Assembly (NCBI GenBank): GCA_036272235.1 | Contig: DATAZF010000327.1 | Location: 16,862-80,861, forward strand | Direction: 5' to 3' | DNA length: 64,000 bases | From: Bryobacteraceae bacterium | GTDB lineage: Bacteria; Acidobacteriota; Terriglobia; Bryobacterales; Bryobacteraceae | Part shown: one piece after another, positions 1-9,469 of the stretch | How the letters are laid out: each line of letters starts with the position of its first letter | Numbering within the stretch: the stretch's first letter is position 1 | Position numbers and translations under genes: made by a program | The notes under the pieces: model-generated | What the model was told of the DNA's origin: nothing | Databases searched by the model: none | What the model saw: the letters and a program-made list of their open reading frames with translations, nothing else

Positions 1-474
1 CTGTCCCTGTCAGACGAATTCCCGGAATTCAAGCTCCGTATTCTGGGTTACTTTCCGGACATCGAGCAGCTCAGGAGCCTTGCTCACGGCTCCACCCAGA
101 TTGAATTTCTGAAGGCGAGGCCAAATCCTGAAGCGATCGAGATCATTCGGCGCGCGACGGTTGTGGTGCTGCCGAGCCGGTGCGAAGGGATGGGCCGCGT
201 ACTGATTGAGGGAATGGCAGCGGGAATTCCCCTGATCGGATCAAACATAGGCGGCATTCCCTTTATGATTCGCGATCAGGACAATGGCTTCATCGTGCCT
301 GTGGGAAACGCGCCAGCTCTTGCCGATCGCCTGCGTCGATTGTTTACCGACAACGATATGCGACACCGCATGGGGGCACGGGGATACGCACGGGCGCACG
401 AGGAACTGAACGAAACGGTTTATGTTCGGGAGTTTGTCCGCATGGTTGAAGCTACCATGCAGAGAAGCGGCTAA
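1..474 (+). CDS. glycosyltransferase family 4 (GT-B), C-terminal fragment; 5' end lies upstream of the window
   Basis: Frame 1 is open from nt 1 to the stop at 472-474. The translation VVLPSRCEGMGRVLIEGMAAGIPLIGSNIGGIPFMIRDQDNGFIV is the GT4 E-x7-E nucleotide-sugar region. Confidence 0.8.
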   Translation: MSLSDEFPEFKLRILGYFPDIEQLRSLAHGSTQIEFLKARPNPEAIEIIRRATVVVLPSRCEGMGRVLIEGMAAGIPLIGSNIGGIPFMIRDQDNGFIVPVGNAPALADRLRRLFTDNDMRHRMGARGYARAHEELNETVYVREFVRMVEATMQRSG

Positions 475-496
475 CTATAACCAGGACAAGAAGCGA

Positions 497-1387
497 CTAA
501 GAAACACTACCGGCAGACGCGCGGCCAGTCCGATTGGCATCTGCAGTCTGGACCCGGTCCACAAGGTCGATATATTCTTCTCGCGGCAGTTCGAAGAAAC
601 GTTCCGCGTATCTGCATTCTCCGGCGCCCAGCATGCGAGAGTGGTACATGTTGAGCCCGATTGTACTTCGAACATAGTCAATCGCTTTGTTCGCAAAAGT
701 AAACGCCGAAATCATCGCGGATTTTCTTTCGATGACGTCGTCGATAACTACCAGGACGTTCGGGATGCAGAGCCCCCAAACTTCGTATCCAAGTACGCGC
801 ACCTGCCAGGGAATATCCTTAAGCGCACGCGCCAGGATATAGTTGGCGATCCGGTGATCCGGGTGCCCATCCAACACAAACGGAATGAAAACGGCGTCAG
901 CGCGGCGCTCATGGAGAATCGAGCGCAGTTTCCCAGCAGCCTCGGGGATACTGTCCTCCAGCCGGGGGTAGTTAAAGAAGACTGGAGGGTCGAGCCCGAG
1001 AGTATCCGCCGCTCGGCATGACTCCTTGTTCCGCATCTCACTCATTGCCTCGCGGGACATGCCCAGTTCTTCCCAGCCGTCCGCCCCATCCTGCAGAATC
1101 ACCACAGCGGCGCTCTTCCCGGTGGAAACCTGCAGCGCGAGGGCGCCCCCGCAGCCGATCGCCTCATCGTCCTGATGTGGAGCGATGACGAGCATCGATT
1201 TGCCAAATGGCGCGCGGACAGGAAGGGGCCGTACAAAAGTCGAAAAATAATCCGTCATGGAAGCCAGCGCCAGCATGCGGAGTTCGACGTCGCCGATGGA
1301 TGCGTTAAGGAATAGCTTGAACCGGCTGCGCCCGTAGAGCAAGGGAACCGCTACTCGGTAGAGGCGCCTCAGATAGTCGCGGATCAT
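497..1387 (-). CDS. PIG-L/LmbE family deacetylase
   Basis: ORF 497-1393 carries the motif LVIAPHQDDEAIGCGGAL (AHPDDE-type zinc site) and a downstream DGHPDH. TTG at 1393, first ATG at 1387. It lies 27 nt downstream of the preceding minus-strand gene. Confidence 0.8.
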   Translation of the reverse strand: MIRDYLRRLYRVAVPLLYGRSRFKLFLNASIGDVELRMLALASMTDYFSTFVRPLPVRAPFGKSMLVIAPHQDDEAIGCGGALALQVSTGKSAAVVILQDGADGWEELGMSREAMSEMRNKESCRAADTLGLDPPVFFNYPRLEDSIPEAAGKLRSILHERRADAVFIPFVLDGHPDHRIANYILARALKDIPWQVRVLGYEVWGLCIPNVLVVIDDVIERKSAMISAFTFANKAIDYVRSTIGLNMYHSRMLGAGECRYAERFFELPREEYIDLVDRVQTADANRTGRASAGSVS

Positions 1388-1414
1388 TGTCAACTCGCGA
1401 GCGGAAGATACAAG

Positions 1415-2542
1415 TCAGCCCCGCTCTCTTAGCTTCTGAAAGAAGGCCCTGGCCCGCATGTATTTGAGAGCCAGGCGGTCTTTCACATATGGTTTGCCGC
1501 GTGCGAACCAGAAATATGAGGGAGCCAGGGTGCTGAATCCAGCATGAAGACTCTTCACTTCAAGAGCATCGTTGGCCCAAAGATTCTTATAGCCCTCCTC
1601 TCCCAAAAGGAAATCGATGCCCTGCCAATTCCTGCAGCAGGCCTCTTCGACAACCATGCCGACGTGGATTTTGCTTGGCGAATAGACACCGAACTCCGCG
1701 CGATAGGTCGGACGATACCATTGCAGCCAGTCTCCGGCGAAAAAGCCGAACTGATAACTGACATCAATGTCGCCACAGCGTACCGTCGAAAAGTGAAGGC
1801 CCCGACCCCAAAGATGGCGAAGTATCGCACGGAAATGACGCTGCTGGCGGGGGCCCTGAAACATGCCGGGAAAGCCCTGAGCGAGCCATTTCTCGTCGTG
1901 GACGCGAAAGAATTCCGTGAGAACCGGTTCGGCTTCCGCTACAGTCGAAGGTTGCCACAGCGAAACCGGACCCCGCTCGGATGCGAGACGTTTGCGCTGT
2001 CGCTGGATATCCCGGCGATGGCTGGAAGGCCAGTCGCGCGATACCGATTCGTAGTCTCTGCCATCCAGACGCAGGCGAGGCGCGACCTCCGACGATTCGA
2101 CCCATGGCATTCCATGGGCTGTAAAGTAGCCGCGCAGCACGTCCAACGAAGGGTCGGTGACGGGGATATTCGGCCACCAGTAGACTCCATGGCGCCCGAA
2201 ATGCCGGATAGCCGCATCGAGCATCGCCGGCAAAGCCGTGTTCGTGTATTCCGGTGCTACTACGGGCGGCGTGTAATCCCCGCGCCCTATCGGCGCGACC
2301 TGGCGGAAATACAGTCCACGGGAATCCGTTCGGGTTCTGGACAGGGGGAGAACACCGACCAGGCGGCGTCCTTCGCGTGCGGTGATTACCGCGATATCCG
2401 CCGAAGGGAAAGCATCCAGCCATGCCAATTGCCACGCTGGCTGGGAAAATGCCGTGACGAAACAATCCCCGAGCAGGTGCTCCCATTCGCTGGCAACCGC
2501 TTCCAGCCCCGATCGGCCAGCGGAAACTTCGACAGTAATCAT
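1415..2542 (-). CDS. CelD/BcsL- or FemAB-like GNAT-fold acyltransferase (EPS-associated)
   Basis: 375-aa ORF with an ATG start. The N-terminal pattern LEAVASEWEHLL...AFSQPAWQLAWLDAF and the overall length match CelD-like acetyltransferases found in EPS loci. The family call is from recollection, not a catalytic motif. Confidence 0.6.
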   Translation of the reverse strand: MITVEVSAGRSGLEAVASEWEHLLGDCFVTAFSQPAWQLAWLDAFPSADIAVITAREGRRLVGVLPLSRTRTDSRGLYFRQVAPIGRGDYTPPVVAPEYTNTALPAMLDAAIRHFGRHGVYWWPNIPVTDPSLDVLRGYFTAHGMPWVESSEVAPRLRLDGRDYESVSRDWPSSHRRDIQRQRKRLASERGPVSLWQPSTVAEAEPVLTEFFRVHDEKWLAQGFPGMFQGPRQQRHFRAILRHLWGRGLHFSTVRCGDIDVSYQFGFFAGDWLQWYRPTYRAEFGVYSPSKIHVGMVVEEACCRNWQGIDFLLGEEGYKNLWANDALEVKSLHAGFSTLAPSYFWFARGKPYVKDRLALKYMRARAFFQKLRERG

Positions 2543-2753
2543 TATTCCGGGGAACCGGCCTCAGTTGCCGCGGAGCCATTGGACCGCTGACGCCGCGATT
2601 AACCCAGTCTAATACATGGTTTGCGACTAATGATCTCAGACTGGAAGGAGGTGGAGTCTTGGCGATGCACGCCTGTTATAGTCGGAAAAATTGAGCCAAC
2701 CGGGGCGACAAAAGTTCGGATCAGCCACTGCCACCCGGCTGCCGGAAACGGAG

Positions 2754-4013
2754 TCAGGCCGCATTCAGCAGGGAGAGCAGGTCTGCCGTCCGCGCCTGCC
2801 AGCTGAAACGCTGGCGGAGCAGCAGACGCGCTTCACTCAATTCCCGGCTTAACACGCCGGGGTTCTCAAGAAGACGGATCACGAGGCTTGCAAACTCCTC
2901 CGCATTTCGCGTAACGAGGACGACGTTACGGAATTCCGGCGGCAGGAACTCCGCGGCGAGCGAAGTTCCCACGACAGCGGTGCCCGCGGCGATGGATTCG
3001 AAGACCTTGTTCTTAAATCCGCTACCCGATACCAGCGGCGCCACGTAGAGAGTGGCCTGGGCAAGCTCGACTTTCATGTCTTCCACCATGCCCGTGATGA
3101 GAACCGACGAACTCTGACGCGCAACGAGCGCCGGTATTGGGTTCGCACCCACTACCACGAGGTGGACTGAAGAGCGCTGTCGCCGGATTGCAGGCAACAC
3201 GTGATCGATGAACCAGAGAGCGCCCTCATAATTCGGTGGAAAATCCATTCGTCCGCTGAAAACAAGCCGGTCGGGGATCTTGCAGATTGCTCCGGAATCT
3301 CCGCTGTCAACGCCGTTCAGGACGACACGAACGTCGGTCGCGCCCGGACAGACCCGGCGAAAAGCTTTCTGATCGACCGGGGAGACAACCAGGTTTACCT
3401 GAGGGAATCTGGCGTAGTAGTACTCCTCCAGAAAACGAATGACACCCTCATAGAGCTTGCCCGGGATTTCTCCAAACGACCGCGACCGGGCAGACTGGCA
3501 CAAAGCCCGCCAATAGAAAAGGGAATAAGAATCGCACCAATCGATGACTATGCGCGTTGTGAGAGTGAGGTGGGGGACGGTGAAAAGGTAGTTCCGATCA
3601 CTTATGATGCATGCATCGGCCCGTTCGCGCTCGATCAGGGAGAGCATCTCTTCAACGTGCGGCGCCTGTTGTCGAGCCATAACGCGGTTGCGCAGGCCAG
3701 GATGAATCAGAAAGCGGCTAAGTGTATTTCCAGTTCCTGTGGCGCGCCAGGTCTTTAGCTGGGAAAAGCTGTCGATGACTCCTGCCCGTTGAAGGCGGTT
3801 CAGTTCTTCCGGATTATAAGTAGAATCCGAAACCGCGAAATGGACGGACCAACCGTCTTCCCGAAGCCACCGGGAAAAATTCGTATAGCGCGGGATTGCA
3901 CCATTCGGCTCGGAAGAAAGACTCAAAACCCACAGTAGCGACCGACCGCGAGCCGGAAGTCTACCCGATGAATCCTGCACCTGAACCTCCCAGGCGATTA
4001 TCCCACGCACCAT
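2754..4013 (-). CDS. glycosyltransferase (GT-B fold, GT4-like)
   Basis: C-terminal LYVAPLVSGSGFKNKVFESIAAGTAVVGT is a GT-B donor-binding region. It heads the minus-strand operon GT -> acyltransferase -> deacetylase. The start is uncertain (TTG 4073, ATG 4043, ATG 4013). Confidence 0.7.
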   Translation of the reverse strand: MVRGIIAWEVQVQDSSGRLPARGRSLLWVLSLSSEPNGAIPRYTNFSRWLREDGWSVHFAVSDSTYNPEELNRLQRAGVIDSFSQLKTWRATGTGNTLSRFLIHPGLRNRVMARQQAPHVEEMLSLIERERADACIISDRNYLFTVPHLTLTTRIVIDWCDSYSLFYWRALCQSARSRSFGEIPGKLYEGVIRFLEEYYYARFPQVNLVVSPVDQKAFRRVCPGATDVRVVLNGVDSGDSGAICKIPDRLVFSGRMDFPPNYEGALWFIDHVLPAIRRQRSSVHLVVVGANPIPALVARQSSSVLITGMVEDMKVELAQATLYVAPLVSGSGFKNKVFESIAAGTAVVGTSLAAEFLPPEFRNVVLVTRNAEEFASLVIRLLENPGVLSRELSEARLLLRQRFSWQARTADLLSLLNAA

Positions 4014-4262
4014 TCTCCGACATCGCAATGTTGCGGCCGGCATCGATACCACGAACAAGCTGCCGGTTAACAAAATGAGATGAGTGCAGGACCTGTGTCT
4101 GACGACGATGTTTCGCCCCTCTTAAGCGCAGGGCCTTAAGCCGTTCACACATGGAAGCAGCTTTTTTTTCGGACTGCAACATACTGATTATCTTATGCTT
4201 CTTACTTAATAAGGGTAAAACTACCGCAGTGGTATTTTATCTCCAGGACGTAGAATGCGGGC

Positions 4263-5543
4263 ATGAAAAGCATCATGTCAAGCACAGTCGTGCTGGCCGC
4301 AGTGTTCGTCAGATTCGCTGCTGGCCAAACCCAGGTGGATCTGTCGAAGCAATCGAAATCCGTCGATTTCAGTTCGAGTCAGTCCACTAAACCATTTCAA
4401 ACCGGCAATACCCTTCCGGCAACCTGCAGCGTCGGTCAAATGTTTTTCGTTACTTCGGCTCCGGGCGGACAAAACTCGTATGGATGCGTCGCTGCGAACA
4501 CCTGGGCACTGGAATCCGGAACAGCGCCGCCGGCAACGACTGTCCGGAGCTCCGGGACGGAGGTCGGTACACGGTCCGCCGTGGACTTTCTAACCGGTCC
4601 GGGCGTGTTGGAGGCCATTAGCGATACAGGGCAGGAGATCGCCGTACAATCCACGCTGGACACCTCTTATGTGGAAACCCGTCCCGGCGAGCAATCGGGA
4701 GTGGCGCTACTTTGTCAGTCCGCGAGTGGAAGCGGCGCGGCGTACACATGTGGGGCGTCGCCGGCGTTGACCACATATACGAATGGAATGGTTCTCCACT
4801 GGACCCCGGATGTTGATGGGGCTGGCGGCCCCACCACGATCGATGTGGACCTGCTCGGGGCAAAGCCTCTTACCCTGGCCGATGGCGCGACCAATCCCGG
4901 AACCAGCGACATATTCGCGGGCCAACTTTATCTCATCTGGTATGACGGTGCTGAGTTCCGATTGATCAGCGGCAGTTCAAGCTCGGGATCCGGCGGAACC
5001 GGACCTCAGGGCCCCCGTGGAGCGACCGGACCCGCAGGTCCTGAAGGACCCGCTGGAGCCACAGGGCCATCCGGACCCGCCGGGGCCGGTAGTGGCGCGA
5101 CTCTCGATTTCCAGAGTGGCACGGCGGCTTTTACCATGAATGGGAGCGATGTGACGATCTTTTCAGGATCCACTCCTGTAACCCTTGAGGCGGGCGCTTG
5201 TTTGACATTCAGCGCCGGCGCCACCGCTACCGGAGCGGCGTCGGCGGCGACCACACTGAAGGTCTTCGCCGATTCAACCCTAATCCATACCTTTTATCCC
5301 AGTGGTGGCATGCCGGAATACCAAACCTGGGGGTATTGTAATCTACCCGGCTCGAGTACGAACCAGCTAAGATTTGAAATCACTCCGCTATTTTTTGGTG
5401 GCACTTCAACTTCGATAAACTCCATCGACGGATACTCAAACCTACCGACTCCTGTCACGTGGGGGAGTACCCCTCACACACTCTATTTGAAAGCGAATGC
5501 GGCATCTGGAACAGTAAGCGGCTCGTTTTGGTTCGTCAGGTAA
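4263..5543 (+). CDS. secreted collagen-like / phage-tail-fibre-like protein
   Basis: Signal peptide MKSIMSSTVVLAAVFVRFAAGQ. A central block YTNGMVLHWTPDVDGAGGPTTIDVDLLGAKPLTLADG...DIFAGQLYLIWYDGAEFRL resembles the conserved tail-fibre domain. It is followed by 11 uninterrupted G-X-Y triplets and a ~150-aa C-terminal globular part. Confidence 0.8.
   Translation: MKSIMSSTVVLAAVFVRFAAGQTQVDLSKQSKSVDFSSSQSTKPFQTGNTLPATCSVGQMFFVTSAPGGQNSYGCVAANTWALESGTAPPATTVRSSGTEVGTRSAVDFLTGPGVLEAISDTGQEIAVQSTLDTSYVETRPGEQSGVALLCQSASGSGAAYTCGASPALTTYTNGMVLHWTPDVDGAGGPTTIDVDLLGAKPLTLADGATNPGTSDIFAGQLYLIWYDGAEFRLISGSSSSGSGGTGPQGPRGATGPAGPEGPAGATGPSGPAGAGSGATLDFQSGTAAFTMNGSDVTIFSGSTPVTLEAGACLTFSAGATATGAASAATTLKVFADSTLIHTFYPSGGMPEYQTWGYCNLPGSSTNQLRFEITPLFFGGTSTSINSIDGYSNLPTPVTWGSTPHTLYLKANAASGTVSGSFWFVR
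4992..5090 (+). repeat. collagen-like G-X-Y triplet repeat (11 units) inside CDS 4263-5543
   Basis: Codons read GGT GPQ GPR GAT GPA GPE GPA GAT GPS GPA GAG without interruption. Confidence 0.9.
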
Positions 5544-5694
5544 CAACATGACAAATGACTATTTCTCCGTGCCAACAACGAGAGGGCAAGGGAGTACCGT
5601 CAAGCCGGTTTGCGGACCCCGTAACTCCGCTCGCCGATCTCAACAGGCTCCCGAAAGAGCGTCTCTCGACGGTTTGATATCCAAGGAGAACAGG

Positions 5695-8600
5695 ATGATG
5701 CGGACGGAGTTTGTTAACATCGAAGACACACAGAGTATGCAGGGCCGCATTGTCCCGGAGCGAACTCTGGTGCCTGTCCGGTGTGTTTCCAGGGAAGGAT
5801 CGATTAGAGTGAGAGCCCTTAAATCCCTCGATGCGTATGCCGCGAGGGCGATCCTGTTGTTGTTTTCATTATTGCTTTCCAACGGGGCTTTTGCCGGCCA
5901 GTCGGCGGTGTTTACAGCCACTACACCGGCTATCTCGGTGGCAGATCCGGTTGCTGCTCAGAATCAACCGTGGCGGGTAGAATTTCAGGTGCACAACTGG
6001 ACGCTTCCGCCCGCGGGAACTCAGTCGGAGACCTTCTTTTACTTCGCCGGGCTGGGCGCCGTGGCATATTTCTACCCGGATGGCTCAATGGCCACGGGAT
6101 CGTCGCGAGACACAGTGGTCGAGCAGCAACCCTGCTTCGTAAAGACCACCGGGCTCACCAACGTCCTGGTACGCCTGCAGCGCGACGTTGCGAATATGCA
6201 GATCACCTGCGAGCTGTGGAACTACGACGGAACCGCTTACACCAGCCAGGTAGATCACATAAAAACACTGGGAACCTCGTCGTTTGGCGGGGGAACCATT
6301 GGCGGAGCGGGACTCACCGCATCGATCGGGTTTCTGCGTGTGTTCTCCACTGCGGTTCCGCTTGGCAGTCGGCCCCCCGCGACCGCGGATGTGGGCGACT
6401 ATGTGAATTTCACGCTGGACGGCAATTTAAACGATACCGGCGCGCGAGCGCGCAACGGCTCGGGGACATTGACATACGTTGCGACACCCAATCAGGTTCC
6501 AATCGCGCTTCCGAAAACTCTCAATGCTCCTTCATGGAGCAACGCGGTATCCCTCAGGGCAGGTTTTCCCGCGCAACTTGACGGCTCCGCAAGTTACTCC
6601 ATGGCGGATGGGGATTCCTCTGTCACCTACCTTTGGCAACAACTCAGCGGACCGTCAACACTCATCTGGAAGAACAGAGACAAAGCGCAGCCAACCATCA
6701 CCGGACTTATTTTCGGCGACTATACCTTTCGCCTGCAGGTAACCGATGTCAAGGGTAATAAGGCAAACGCGACACTGGAGGCCGGGGCTGTCGCGACCGA
6801 CGCCAACGGAGTCGTCGTGAATGCCAATCCGGCGGCCGATGCTCTCTTCGGGCCGATGATAGCCTTCGGCAAGAATCCGTGGGGCTGGGCCGACGCAAGG
6901 AATCTCGCGATGGAGAATCTGCAGAAGAACACTTATGCGACTCCGCCTACGTGGTCGTCGCCTGCTGAAAACCATCCGGTAACTTATCGTTATTTCGGGA
7001 TAACGTCGCCGCTTACAACCTTGTCCGCCGATCTCTCTCCCACGGCGACGACGATTCCGGTTGTGAACGCCGCCACCATCGACCTGTCTGCTCTCCCGAC
7101 CGAGATTCTGGTCGGCAGCCTTCTCGGGCCGGAGATCGTGAGGATATGTTCCGCTGCGGGCAATGTTCTGAACGTTTGCTATGACGGGCGTGCTTTCCAT
7201 GCAGGGCATTCGCTGGACAAAGGGCCTTCCGCCTGGCCGGCAGGGGCCGGGATCTGGCAGGCCAGAGTTCATGGCGCAGGTACTCATTTTCTGACTACTA
7301 TTTGTCGCTTCGGTGCGGGCTATACTGTGGCTGCGAATAGCACGATTACCTCCGCGGGCTCGGTCGTTCTAACAGCGGGTTCCGCACTGGTGACCGGCAC
7401 CGGCGTAGTCTGGGACGGCACTCAGAACTCTTTGGTTATTGCTGTCAATGCAACCCACGGTGGCGGCGTTCCTTTCACGTTTTTGGCGAGTGTCGTCAGC
7501 GCTGCGGGGACTGCTCTTACCTTGTCGCGCCCCTACCCGGCGGATGCCGACGGCGGCGCCTTTTCCTACAATATTTTCAGCGATCAACGGAATATTGTTT
7601 TGAACTACACCAGGACCGACTCGGCCCCCGGCTCCATTTACTTCACGACCGCTGGCTGTGAATCCGACACAGATCTTTACCTGGATGGAGGCTGGGACAA
7701 CAGCTACACGGGACAGCTGGTAAGCGCATCGCCGTACTCCTACATGGATGGTTTCGGTTATGTTGGCGATTTCTCGCCCAACTACTACGATATGGGTCTC
7801 GCTCATTATGCGTTTTACTTCCGGTCGGGCTTGCGCCAGGCACTCACCTCCGCAAGGAGTATCGAAGACTACTGGATTCACTATCCCGAAATTGCGGAAG
7901 GGGAAGCCGGAGGCATCCCGCGCCGCGAGTCCATAACGGGAGTATATGCGGCTACTCTACTCGATGGAGACCGCGCATCAAACTGGCCCGGACTGCGTTC
8001 CTATGCGAAGGCCGGCGTTACAGTCGCGCAGGCGAACAACTGCGACGACGACCCTCGCGAGACCGCATATGAACTGAGCTGGCTTGCGCTCGCGGCGCAG
8101 TTCGATCCGGATCCGGCGCAGCGCCAGCAGTGGCAAACGGCTATGGCATCGGCATATTCGCGCGATAATGGCTGCAAAGGTACGGATAATTCTTATCCCT
8201 CGGGTTTCTACTGGAACCCAGGTCAATTTCCGCCCGTGATTGCAACCAGCGGATCACTTCAGCTAACCCCCGCGAGCGGAACTTTTCCTCCAAACATGTG
8301 CTACGGCGTGGCGTCTGGAACAGCTATAGCCACCAATGGTTCAGCGATGCTCACCGGCGTGACGGGCTCCTTCGTCCTGCCCGCCGGAAGCAATCAGCTG
8401 ATTGTGGGAGGCACGCGCATGGGCAACCGCTATGATCTGGCGGCTCAATTTGACTTCAATTCGCCAAACAGCGTGACAATGTCGGCGCTCTGGCCGGGCG
8501 ATAGTGGCGTTGTTTACTGGACCATCCAAAACAATAACGATACTCAACTGGTTACCACGATCGCGACTGGCCAGAGTGACTCCGCGAACTTCGGGCAGAT

Positions 8601-9465
8601 TTTCGGCTGCACCGAGACTGATTCCACCCATATCCTGCTGCACCGGCCCTGGCCAGGCAGCAGCGGCACTTACAATTTCTACTCGAGTAACCTTGTCGGT
8701 CGGGGCACCCAACCTTTTATGATGGGAATCAAGACCTTGCAGGAACGATTTGGTGCTCAGGCCTTCGCGCCCTACAAGAGTCTGGATGAGGGAGTCGCGA
8801 ACTGGGTTGGAACAGTAGGATTCGATGTCGCGCTCAAGGCGATCTCCTACGGACGCGGGTTCCCGCAATGCGAACCCCTGCTGACGGACAGCGGCATCAC
8901 CGATGTCGGCTATCGCAATGCGAATTGCGTCGAAAACAGTAACGATCCGATCGCGGTATCGGTGGCGCGCGCGCGAAACTCCGAAGCGCAAAACTCGATG
9001 ACCGTCAATTATCTGGCTCATCCGACGGCTGCGAACCAGCTGCTGGGGGATCAATTCTATGGAGGGACATTCGGTGCATCCGGATATACGGCCCCCGGCT
9101 ACTTCAGCGATGGCATTTCAGCGAGCAATCTGGATGACGTCAGTCTGGGCGCATACAAATGGCCGGGATTCTTCTTCGGAGTCGGTATGGCGCACCAATG
9201 GCCTGCCGCCCGCGTGGGAGGGGTTGCACCGCCGAAGAACCGGACGGTCTATGTTTCCTTTAACCCCGGAGCCGCCGCCTCTGCTCGTGTTGTGTTGACG
9301 GCGCCCTCGGGCGCTAATACGAGCTGGCAGTGCGGTTCGACCTCGCCCTGTGCGGTCACGGTTGATGACCGGCAGGGCAGTTACTGGTTTCGCATTCAGT
9401 ATCTTTCGGAAAGTGGCCGGGTGGTAGCTCAGTCGGACCCGGACCTGCTTGCGGCGGCCGAGTAG
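5695..9465 (+). CDS. large secreted protein, putative LamG-like + PKD-like + alpha-helical (polysaccharide-acting?) domains
   Basis: The ORF is open from 5548. ATG 5695 is preceded by AAGGAG with a 6-nt spacer, and GTG 5809 is an alternative start. Hydrophobic signal ARAILLLFSLLLSNGAFAG. PKD-like segment YLWQQLSGPSTLIWKNRDKAQPTITGLIFGDYTFRLQVTDVKGNKA. LDGNLNDTGARARNGSG resembles a LamG jelly-roll. The middle RETAYELSWLALAAQFDPDP region looks like an alpha/alpha repeat. Confidence 0.8.
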   Translation: MMRTEFVNIEDTQSMQGRIVPERTLVPVRCVSREGSIRVRALKSLDAYAARAILLLFSLLLSNGAFAGQSAVFTATTPAISVADPVAAQNQPWRVEFQVHNWTLPPAGTQSETFFYFAGLGAVAYFYPDGSMATGSSRDTVVEQQPCFVKTTGLTNVLVRLQRDVANMQITCELWNYDGTAYTSQVDHIKTLGTSSFGGGTIGGAGLTASIGFLRVFSTAVPLGSRPPATADVGDYVNFTLDGNLNDTGARARNGSGTLTYVATPNQVPIALPKTLNAPSWSNAVSLRAGFPAQLDGSASYSMADGDSSVTYLWQQLSGPSTLIWKNRDKAQPTITGLIFGDYTFRLQVTDVKGNKANATLEAGAVATDANGVVVNANPAADALFGPMIAFGKNPWGWADARNLAMENLQKNTYATPPTWSSPAENHPVTYRYFGITSPLTTLSADLSPTATTIPVVNAATIDLSALPTEILVGSLLGPEIVRICSAAGNVLNVCYDGRAFHAGHSLDKGPSAWPAGAGIWQARVHGAGTHFLTTICRFGAGYTVAANSTITSAGSVVLTAGSALVTGTGVVWDGTQNSLVIAVNATHGGGVPFTFLASVVSAAGTALTLSRPYPADADGGAFSYNIFSDQRNIVLNYTRTDSAPGSIYFTTAGCESDTDLYLDGGWDNSYTGQLVSASPYSYMDGFGYVGDFSPNYYDMGLAHYAFYFRSGLRQALTSARSIEDYWIHYPEIAEGEAGGIPRRESITGVYAATLLDGDRASNWPGLRSYAKAGVTVAQANNCDDDPRETAYELSWLALAAQFDPDPAQRQQWQTAMASAYSRDNGCKGTDNSYPSGFYWNPGQFPPVIATSGSLQLTPASGTFPPNMCYGVASGTAIATNGSAMLTGVTGSFVLPAGSNQLIVGGTRMGNRYDLAAQFDFNSPNSVTMSALWPGDSGVVYWTIQNNNDTQLVTTIATGQSDSANFGQIFGCTETDSTHILLHRPWPGSSGTYNFYSSNLVGRGTQPFMMGIKTLQERFGAQAFAPYKSLDEGVANWVGTVGFDVALKAISYGRGFPQCEPLLTDSGITDVGYRNANCVENSNDPIAVSVARARNSEAQNSMTVNYLAHPTAANQLLGDQFYGGTFGASGYTAPGYFSDGISASNLDDVSLGAYKWPGFFFGVGMAHQWPAARVGGVAPPKNRTVYVSFNPGAAASARVVLTAPSGANTSWQCGSTSPCAVTVDDRQGSYWFRIQYLSESGRVVAQSDPDLLAAAE

Positions 9466-9469
9466 CAGC

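Noticed and set aside
422-2590. + strand ORFs 422-1021 and 1544-2590, and minus-frame ORF 1764-2579, overlapping the PIG-L and CelD-like genes
   Set aside because: They are alternative frames of genes that have clear family motifs on the minus strand, and they have no motifs of their own.
4263-9465. Possibility that the tail-fibre-like gene marks a prophage
   Set aside because: No capsid, terminase, baseplate, integrase or lysis genes are found on either side. Both flanks are glycosyltransferase and methyltransferase genes of the EPS locus.
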